Virus record (IMG/VR): IMGVR_UViG_3300045988_111237
Coordinates: 1 to 38,411 of that record
Length of the DNA: 38,411 nt
Origin: a virus
Strand: one strand, 5' to 3'
Below the pieces are notes generated by a model, which was given only the letters and a program-made list of their open reading frames with translations, searched no databases and was not told the DNA's origin. This document shows positions 31,607 through 38,411 of the stretch, piece after piece (position 1 is the stretch's first letter; every line of letters starts with the position of its first letter). A program made the translations under genes and the position numbers.

Positions 31607-32424
31607 TAGAAAAAGCACGATATGTCAATCATATGAACGAGGTAATTGAATTTGGTGCGAATGGCATCTATATCAACGAGAACGATCTGCATGATTTCGC
31701 ATGGACAGCTACAAGCATGAATGACAAAATATCGTCATTTAAGATGGGAATTGTCAAGAAGTCGTTGCCAGTCGTTTTTGCATGTAGAAATGATGACGAG
31801 GGCACAGAAAGTAGAAATCGTTTGTTTGAGGTGTGTGAAAAGGATGTAGTTGCCAGAAAACATGGAAAACTCTATATTGGCGATTACTATATGCGGTGTT
31901 ATGTCACAGGATGTAAGGCGTCAAAATACACCTATAATAAGCGATACATGAAGAATACGTTGACGATTCAGACGGATTATCCGCAATGGATAAAAGAAAC
32001 GATTATTACATTCAATTCAAATGAGGAGATAGTTGGTAAAAACTTAGACTATAATAACGATCATCCATATGATTACACATCAAATATTCTTGGGAAAAAA
32101 CTGCAAAATGCGGATTTTGTAAATACAAATTTTCGGATGCGTATTTATGGACCATGTAAAAGTCCAGAGATATTGATTGGAGGACATATGTATTCGGTGG
32201 ATGTTGATATTGAAGCAAACGAGTACCTGACGATTGACTCTGTAGAAAAGACAATAATCTTGTATGAAAGCGACGGTAGTCAGCGGAATTGTTTTGATCT
32301 GCGAAATAGAGACTCTTACATATTTCAGAAGATCCCGCCGGGCGTAATGGATGTAGCTATTTCGTCAAATCTGATATTTGATATTACATTGTTGGAAGAG
32401 AGGAGCATACCAAGATGGACTTAA
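31603..32424 (+). CDS. Distal tail protein (Dit)
   Basis: 273 aa. TTG start overlapping the TMP stop codon. Call rests on position after the TMP. Confidence 0.7.
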   Translation: MIEKARYVNHMNEVIEFGANGIYINENDLHDFAWTATSMNDKISSFKMGIVKKSLPVVFACRNDDEGTESRNRLFEVCEKDVVARKHGKLYIGDYYMRCYVTGCKASKYTYNKRYMKNTLTIQTDYPQWIKETIITFNSNEEIVGKNLDYNNDHPYDYTSNILGKKLQNADFVNTNFRMRIYGPCKSPEILIGGHMYSVDVDIEANEYLTIDSVEKTIILYESDGSQRNCFDLRNRDSYIFQKIPPGVMDVAISSNLIFDITLLEERSIPRWT

Positions 32425-35400
32425 TTTATATGGATGAATCCAAAAAAGATATCGATGTGCTCAAGGACTATACATTAGATCTTGCATATGGAAGCGACGA
32501 GAATGATTTTGAATGTAAAGTAAATATCAATAATAACGTATGTAAAACTGGTTATTATCTTTATTTTGAGGGCGAAGAATATGGCGGAGTGATAGATTCC
32601 GTTGGCGTTGATACAGATGAGACGACTGTAACATACTCAGGTCGTACATGGCACGGCATACTTGAGTCTAAAGTGTTGCAACCAGATGAAGGCGAAGACT
32701 ATTTGATCGTATCTGGAGAAGCAAACGAAGTGTTAAAGCTTTTGATTGAACGGATGGGACTTTCGGAGCTGTTCAAGGTAAGCACTTTGAACTCCAATAT
32801 ACAGATATCATCTTATCAGATGAATCGTTATATAAAGGGTTATACAGGCATCATGAAGATGCTGAAAGCATACAATGCAAAACTGAATATGGTATTTAAT
32901 AGAGGATTTGTTGAATTATCGGCAAGTCCTCTTACTGATTATAGTCGGGATGAGCAGTTTGATACAGATCAGATAAGTTTCACAATTAAGAGAAATAGCA
33001 AGCATATCAATCATGTTATATGTCTTGGACGAGGTGACCTGAAAGATAGACGAGTAATTCACATTTACTGCGATTTGCTTGGTAATATCAGTGGAACACA
33101 GACACTTACCGGATTGGATGAGATGTGTGAGATCTACGACAATTCCAATGCTGAATCAGATGAGGATTTGATTCAGGGTGGAATTGATAAGATAACAGAG
33201 TCTTTTGCAAGTGACTCGGTCGATTTTTCGTTGGACAGTAACGATCAATATATATTTGATGTAAATGACAAGGTAGGGGCAAGAGAGCAGATTACAGGAA
33301 CTTATGTAGTTGCGTCCGTATCTAAGAAAATAGTCAATATCAGTAATAACAGTACATCAATATCTTATGATTGTGAAGCAGATACAGTGAGCGTGTCTGC
33401 GGGTCCATATCCATCTTCTGGTGACGGATCTGAATCTGGGCAGACAGTGAGCATCAAAATAGGATCAGTGACAACAGGTGGCGCTGGTTCAGATGCGGAA
33501 GTGAAAAATGCCGGAGACAACAAGAATATGATTCTTGATTTCGTGATACCGAAAGGCGACCAAGGAGATAAGGGCGAAGATGGAGCACCGGGAGCTGATG
33601 GTAAGGATGGCGTCGACGGTAAGAGTATCAGTGAAGTTATCAACTATTATTTGGCGACATCTGCTTCAAGTGGTGTCACAGCGAAAACAGCTGGATGGAC
33701 AACAACAGTGCAGTCAGTTTCATCAAGTAAAAAGTATCTGTGGAATTATGAGGTTGTAAAACTGACAGATGGAACGATCGTAAGTACATCAATGCCATGT
33801 ATTATAGGTGCGTATGGTGATAGAGGAAATCCAGGAGCCGATGGTAAGGACGGAAGTGACGGCACGAATGGAACTGACGGAATAGGAATTAAGGAGATAG
33901 AGGAGTTTTATGCTGTATCAACCTCGAATACCAAAGTACCAACATCATGGTCTACAACAGTACCGACGATGACAGCAACAAACAAATACCTTTGGAACTA
34001 TGAAACGATCACATATACGAACAATACTTCGGTAGATACTGCAAAGAAGGTTATTGGTGTGTATGGAGATAAGGGAGCTACCGGAGCGAAGGGTGATACC
34101 GGTGCAACCGGGAAAGGTGTTAAATCAACTGTGGTGACTTATCAGGCATCGTCTAGCGGTACAACAACCCCAACTGGAACGTGGAGTGCGACGATTCCAA
34201 CGGTATCGGCAGGACAGTATCTTTGGACAAGAACGATTATCACCTATACTGACAACACAACATCCACATCGTACAGTGTAGGGCGTAATGGAACGAACGG
34301 TACGAATGGAACCAATGGAACGAACGGCAAGGATGGAGCAGCTGGAAAAGGTATCAAATCCACGGTAGTGGCATACCAAGTTGGAGCATCGGGAACAACA
34401 GTGCCAACCGGGACATGGTCTACGTCGATACCGGCTGCGGACACATCAAAGCCATATCTTTGGACAAGGACGATCATCACCTATACGGACAACACAACAT
34501 CAACGTCGTACAGTGTAGGTGCTACGCCAGAAGGAATGGTTCAAAAGAAAAAAATCATTTCTGAAATCAACCAGTCGGCAGAGGAGATTTCAATCAAGGC
34601 TGAAAAAATCAGTCTCGAAGGTCTTGTCACCGCCAATGAGAATTTCAAAGTGCTGGAAGATGGCTCAATAGAGGCGAAAAATGGTAAGTTTACCGGAGAT
34701 TTGACGACAACAAGTTCTTTGAGAATATATAAAGAACGTGTTATTGGAAATAATCATACAGGTAAGTATATGGATGCGTCCATTGATGTTGATGTTGCTG
34801 GGTTCAGTCAAAAAGTATACGGTTTGCAAGATGATTTATCTGTAATTACTGCATCTTCAGAAGTAACAGGTTTGCAGAGTTTGTATATTGATTCAAATAC
34901 AAATATGCTTAAAGTACCAAATTATCTTGTGGGAACAAATGCGCAATTTGAATATGCGGATTTTACAACAATGCTAGGAGCGCAGCAGTTAGCTGTGGCT
35001 GGAAATGCTGGTATTGGAAGTAATCTAAGAGTTGGGAATGTATTGAATGTAGGAAGTCAAATTTCGATATGGTCTGACGCTGAAGGGGGAAATATTAATC
35101 TAAAATCACCAGGAAATTTCGATTATCAGATTGACACCAACGGAGACAAATTGCGAATTTACACATTCGGAAACGATGGGGTATATCGCGATTATCCGCT
35201 TATGGGATTAGACGGACATAACAATCGTGTATTGTGGTCTGGAGGATGGTGGCCGGTGTCTAGTCAGACAGCGTATCTATCTCAACCTATATCCGCACAG
35301 CCAAATGGTATCGTGATTGTGTTCAGATCATATAACCCGGGAGTCGGAATGAGTGATGGACATTATTCATTTTACTTCGTTCCAAAAGCAAGGGTGACGA

Positions 35401-35597
35401 ATTGGGATGGAGACGGTGGCGGTCATTCTGTATATTGCTCTAGTTCAGATATGTCACATGTGGCGAACAAATATTTGTACATAGGCGACACATGGATTAG
35501 TGGTAATGATAATAACAGCAAAGGCACATATACATCGTCGTCCGGTATCAAGAGTACACCGAACAGATTTGCAATGTTTAGAATAATAGGAGTGTGA
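32415..35597 (+). CDS. Tail-associated protein / receptor-binding protein with collagen-like repeats
   Basis: 1060 aa. Tal-position N-terminal domain. Four G-X-Y stretches alternating with repeated beta-rich modules (YLWNYE / YLWTRTIITYTDNTTSTSYSVG). Divergent AT-rich C-terminal domain. Confidence 0.8.
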   Translation: MDLIYMDESKKDIDVLKDYTLDLAYGSDENDFECKVNINNNVCKTGYYLYFEGEEYGGVIDSVGVDTDETTVTYSGRTWHGILESKVLQPDEGEDYLIVSGEANEVLKLLIERMGLSELFKVSTLNSNIQISSYQMNRYIKGYTGIMKMLKAYNAKLNMVFNRGFVELSASPLTDYSRDEQFDTDQISFTIKRNSKHINHVICLGRGDLKDRRVIHIYCDLLGNISGTQTLTGLDEMCEIYDNSNAESDEDLIQGGIDKITESFASDSVDFSLDSNDQYIFDVNDKVGAREQITGTYVVASVSKKIVNISNNSTSISYDCEADTVSVSAGPYPSSGDGSESGQTVSIKIGSVTTGGAGSDAEVKNAGDNKNMILDFVIPKGDQGDKGEDGAPGADGKDGVDGKSISEVINYYLATSASSGVTAKTAGWTTTVQSVSSSKKYLWNYEVVKLTDGTIVSTSMPCIIGAYGDRGNPGADGKDGSDGTNGTDGIGIKEIEEFYAVSTSNTKVPTSWSTTVPTMTATNKYLWNYETITYTNNTSVDTAKKVIGVYGDKGATGAKGDTGATGKGVKSTVVTYQASSSGTTTPTGTWSATIPTVSAGQYLWTRTIITYTDNTTSTSYSVGRNGTNGTNGTNGTNGKDGAAGKGIKSTVVAYQVGASGTTVPTGTWSTSIPAADTSKPYLWTRTIITYTDNTTSTSYSVGATPEGMVQKKKIISEINQSAEEISIKAEKISLEGLVTANENFKVLEDGSIEAKNGKFTGDLTTTSSLRIYKERVIGNNHTGKYMDASIDVDVAGFSQKVYGLQDDLSVITASSEVTGLQSLYIDSNTNMLKVPNYLVGTNAQFEYADFTTMLGAQQLAVAGNAGIGSNLRVGNVLNVGSQISIWSDAEGGNINLKSPGNFDYQIDTNGDKLRIYTFGNDGVYRDYPLMGLDGHNNRVLWSGGWWPVSSQTAYLSQPISAQPNGIVIVFRSYNPGVGMSDGHYSFYFVPKARVTNWDGDGGGHSVYCSSSDMSHVANKYLYIGDTWISGNDNNSKGTYTSSSGIKSTPNRFAMFRIIGV
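33555..34520 (+). repeat. Four tandem [collagen-like G-X-Y + ~55-aa module] units; last two nearly identical
   Basis: GDQGDKGEDGAPGADGKDGVDGKS; GNPGADGKDGSDGTNGTDG; GDKGATGAKGDTGATGKG; GTNGTNGTNGTNGKDGAAGKG. Copies at about 34110-34343 and 34344-34520 share long identical runs. Confidence 0.8.
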
Positions 35598-35896
35598 TTT
35601 TAATGGCATTAAAAAAGAAAATTACAGAAAAAAATGGTATTGTGACAGATTATCATAGAATAGCGATGTTGAGTGTCGAAGTTAATCAGCAATGCACTAT
35701 ATTAGTACACTCATATCTGACAGAAGACGCTAGGATTGGCGAAAAGCAGTACCGGGATGGTGTTGTATCAGAATTACCTCCGCACTATGTGAAGGGTGAA
35801 TACTATAACACCGATTACGATGAAGATATGAACGTGAAGAAAGCATACGAGTACATTAAGTCGCTTCCTCAATTCGAGGGAGCCGAAGATGCATAA
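35594..35896 (+). CDS. XkdW-like small protein
   Basis: 100 aa. Position after the fibre gene. C-terminal YEYIKSLPQFEGAEDA is reminiscent of XkdW. Confidence 0.35.
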   Translation: MILMALKKKITEKNGIVTDYHRIAMLSVEVNQQCTILVHSYLTEDARIGEKQYRDGVVSELPPHYVKGEYYNTDYDEDMNVKKAYEYIKSLPQFEGAEDA

Positions 35897-35916
35897 AGGA
35901 AAGGAGCTACTATATA

Positions 35917-36282
35917 ATGAAAAAATATAATACAACGCTTGGCGAGTTATTCAATACTCGTCAGGCAATTATCAACAAAGACATCGTCAATATGGCATTC
36001 TCCCGAAAAGGGGGATTGTCAGTTGCGAGAAACATGAAGAAAATCGACGACGAGTTGGTCGAGTACAGCAAAGCAAGAAACGAGTTGATTCGGAAGTACT
36101 CTTCCGATGGTGTCACGATGGAGCGATCAAGCCCTAATTGGGATGCGTTCGTCAAGGAGTTTGACGAACTTGGTTCTGTCGAAACGTCGATTGAGATCAA
36201 CACAATCACCGAGTTCGATTTGCCGGACGCAATCACACCGGCAACATGCCTTGCAATTGAATTCATGATCGGAGAGGAGTAG
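35917..36282 (+). CDS. Hypothetical protein
   Basis: 121 aa. AGGAG RBS. No TM segment. Confidence 0.55.
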   Translation: MKKYNTTLGELFNTRQAIINKDIVNMAFSRKGGLSVARNMKKIDDELVEYSKARNELIRKYSSDGVTMERSSPNWDAFVKEFDELGSVETSIEINTITEFDLPDAITPATCLAIEFMIGEE

Positions 36283-36285
36283 CAC

Positions 36286-36534
36286 ATGACGGATGTTGAA
36301 AGAAAGATGACTACAGATGAGATTAAAGGACTGTTGACTGGAATTTCATCAATTTGTTGTTCGACGGCTACCTCAATTGATTTTTCAGGGACAGATGAAA
36401 TCACAACTAAAATGGATGCTGTATTAGAATACATATCCCGAATTGAAGAAAAGGTTAATACATTAAACAGTTTGGATGATTTAGAAAGTAAGGTTGAAGA
36501 GGACGATGCTGCAATGACAACTGTGATTGCATAA
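36286..36534 (+). CDS. Hypothetical protein (no TM segment)
   Basis: 82 aa. Coiled-coil-like acidic C-terminal part. Sits where a holin would be expected, but it is not hydrophobic. Confidence 0.5.
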   Translation: MTDVERKMTTDEIKGLLTGISSICCSTATSIDFSGTDEITTKMDAVLEYISRIEEKVNTLNSLDDLESKVEEDDAAMTTVIA

Positions 36535-36559
36535 AATAAAAAGAAGGAGGCTGATTATT

Positions 36560-37447
36560 ATGCAAATAATCGACACACATTTAAAGTTTAAATCTCTTAC
36601 AAAGAGAAAAAGCACAGATGGAGGAGCTGTATTTCATCATGCTGCATGTCGCGGTAGTGTAGAGGATATTCACAGAATGCATCTTGCAAATGGATGGTCT
36701 GGTATTGGGTATCATATCTATATTCGTTTAGATGGAAAAGTATACAAGGGCAGACCAATCGATATGATCGGCGCACATGCATCTGGTGTGAATTACAACA
36801 CGATTGGAGTTTGTTGTGAAGGAAATTTTGAAAATGAACAGATGCCAGAAGCACAGAAGCAGGCTTTGAAAGAAGTTGTTTCATGGCTTCGCAAGGAATA
36901 TGGAATTACTCGATTCAGAAAGCATAGTGATGTGAGTAAGACTGCATGCCCCGGAAAAAACTTTCCGTTTGGAGAAGTGGTGAAAGTATCCGAGAATATC
37001 CCATCGAAGACTGAATCTATACAGCAGATTCAACATATCGCTGCTAAGGACGCTATCATTCGTGCCGGACAGATCCATGCGAATAATTTTGCCGGTGCCG
37101 GAATCGTAACGGATGGTATTCGTGGAAATGCGACCATTAAAGCAGGAATTAAGGTGTTACAAACAGCGATGAACTTAGACTATAAGTCGAAACTTGCGGT
37201 TGATGGGATTTATGGATCTGCCACTAAAGCCGCACTTGGAAAGCACTATGTAAAAAAGGGCGAGAAACAGTACATGGTTACTGCACTGCAGATTTTGCTT
37301 ATGCTTAAAGGATATGCGTGTGATCTCACATGTCCGGGGGTATTTGACACAGCTACAGAATCAGTAGTGAAAGAGTATCAGAAAAACAATCTGCTTACAG
37401 TTGATGGTGTTGTTGGATATAATACATGGATGTCGCTTATTCACTAA
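36560..37447 (+). CDS. Endolysin: N-acetylmuramoyl-L-alanine amidase (Amidase_2/PGRP) with two PG_binding_1 repeats
   Basis: 295 aa. HHAA...GWSGIGYHIYI...GAHASGVNYNTIGVCCEGNF...HSDVSKTACPGKNFPF. C-terminal DGIYGSATKAAL and VDGVVGYNTWMSL repeats. Confidence 0.9.
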   Translation: MQIIDTHLKFKSLTKRKSTDGGAVFHHAACRGSVEDIHRMHLANGWSGIGYHIYIRLDGKVYKGRPIDMIGAHASGVNYNTIGVCCEGNFENEQMPEAQKQALKEVVSWLRKEYGITRFRKHSDVSKTACPGKNFPFGEVVKVSENIPSKTESIQQIQHIAAKDAIIRAGQIHANNFAGAGIVTDGIRGNATIKAGIKVLQTAMNLDYKSKLAVDGIYGSATKAALGKHYVKKGEKQYMVTALQILLMLKGYACDLTCPGVFDTATESVVKEYQKNNLLTVDGVVGYNTWMSLIH

Positions 37448-37469
37448 GTGGAGAAAGAAGGGAAAGACT

Positions 37470-38411
37470 ATGGCACATTTAGTAACAGGGTATGCCGGGA
37501 AAGAACATATTAGATCAGCAGATCAGGGCAGCTTCAATGCTGCCTTTTTTGGTGATGGAGAATTTGTCATGAGTAGCGGATCGAGATTTGCAGGAGCAAT
37601 TATCAATAACAACACGGTTAGAATTTCTGACGGCGATATGCTGATGCAGGGCAGACATATCCGTATTGAACCGAATACTTATGAAGATTTGACAATATCG
37701 ACAGGTACCGCAGGAACAAATCGAATTGATCTGATCGTAATGACCTACGAGAAAAATGCGGCATCAGGTATTGAATCTGCAAAGTTAGAAGTTGTACAGG
37801 GGACAGCAACGTCGGGAACGCCGTCTGCTCCTGAAATAGTAAGTGGAGATATTTTAAATGGTGATTTGAAAAATCAAATGCCGCTATATGCGGTTTATGT
37901 ATCAGGTGTAGCACTGACCAAGATATCAACACAGTTTATGGTCTGTCCGACATATAAAGATTTAGCAATCTATTATGCACAACAGTTCCAGAACGCATGC
38001 GAAACACATTTGAATTCTTTAAATATCATTGACTCTGCTGATGCAATCGACGCAAATTCAGCAGCAAATCAGCTTGCAGGAGCACTTGGTGTTAAAGAGC
38101 TTGCAAGTCAAAAGGCACCAGTGGCGCATATACATGATGATTTATATTACAGAAAAGCTATACTTGACCAAGCACTTAGTGCTAAAAGCGATACTAATCA
38201 TAATCATGACGAAAGATATAGTCGTGTTAACCATAATCATGATGAAAGATATTGTTTGCCGGTTGGTACAGCTGTACTTAATTCGAACCTATTTAGTGCA
38301 CCATTTAAATACGGTAAATGGAAATGTGCAGGATATGTTAATATTGAACTGTATGATGCCAATGGTGAAATTAGAATAATAGCTCCATATGTTTGGACCA
38401 GAGAATCATAG
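37470..38411 (+). CDS. Fibre-like protein with three HxH motifs, encoded after the endolysin
   Basis: 313 aa. GAAGGGAAAG RBS. AHIHDDLYY, NHNHDERYS, NHNHDERYC. The stop codon is the last triplet of the window. Confidence 0.6.
   Translation: MAHLVTGYAGKEHIRSADQGSFNAAFFGDGEFVMSSGSRFAGAIINNNTVRISDGDMLMQGRHIRIEPNTYEDLTISTGTAGTNRIDLIVMTYEKNAASGIESAKLEVVQGTATSGTPSAPEIVSGDILNGDLKNQMPLYAVYVSGVALTKISTQFMVCPTYKDLAIYYAQQFQNACETHLNSLNIIDSADAIDANSAANQLAGALGVKELASQKAPVAHIHDDLYYRKAILDQALSAKSDTNHNHDERYSRVNHNHDERYCLPVGTAVLNSNLFSAPFKYGKWKCAGYVNIELYDANGEIRIIAPYVWTRES

Larger units (their letters stand above)
423..38411. mobile_element. Integrated temperate siphovirus-like prophage (left end; right end outside window)
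   Basis: Integrase lies next to the tRNA cluster. It is followed by a complete lysogeny, replication, packaging, head, tail and lysis gene order, almost all on the + strand. Confidence 0.9.

Noticed and set aside
33365-34480. Minus-strand ORFs (33365..33643, 34125..34379, 34244..34480) in the collagen-repeat region
   Set aside because: Antisense frames of G-X-Y coding repeats stay open by composition. They have no start context.
35961-36434. 157-aa minus-strand ORF spanning two + strand genes
   Set aside because: It is fully antisense to two RBS-preceded, operon-packed genes. Its composition is Ser/Ile-rich and low-complexity, as is typical of antisense frames. It has no RBS or promoter.
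370-38411. Search for attR (second copy of the tRNA-Phe 3' end, terminator region or TTACTGCGCA)
   Set aside because: I spotted no second copy by eye, so the right prophage junction is probably beyond 38411. This was a visual scan only and should be repeated computationally.

Overview
The window is the left ~38 kb of an integrated siphovirus-type temperate prophage in a low-GC Firmicutes/Clostridia-like host. It sits immediately downstream of a host tRNA cluster (Thr-Tyr-fMet-Phe plus terminator). Gene order is: tyrosine integrase; leftward lysogeny operon (XRE repressor, ImmA-like protein, Zn-ribbon protein); divergent CI/Cro-type switch with a 17-bp palindromic operator; a small accessory cassette bracketed by ~217-bp direct repeats; a YqaJ/DUF1351/RecT recombination module; a replication organiser with internal iterons; a phage sigma factor; an SNF2-helicase/DNA-methyltransferase fusion; a minus-strand non-canonical tRNA-like gene; a PAPS-reductase-like PP-loop enzyme; small late-region genes with HNH; TerS/TerL; portal; a Mu-F/gp7 head protein fused to an ADP-ribosyltransferase domain; scaffold, capsid and connector genes; major tail protein; G/G-T chaperones with a TTTTTTC -1 slip site; tape measure; Dit; a collagen-repeat Tal/RBP; an amidase endolysin; and a post-lysin fibre-like gene with HxH motifs. 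No attR was seen, so the prophage probably continues past the window. The best candidates for something new are the repeat-bracketed reverse-strand membrane/wHTH cassette (3065-4525) and the helicase-MTase / tRNA-like / PP-loop block (11074-15145). The self-contained promoter-ORF-terminator unit at 15169-15528 and the ART moron at 23040-24196 also merit follow-up. All family calls come from motif recognition by eye. No searches were run.
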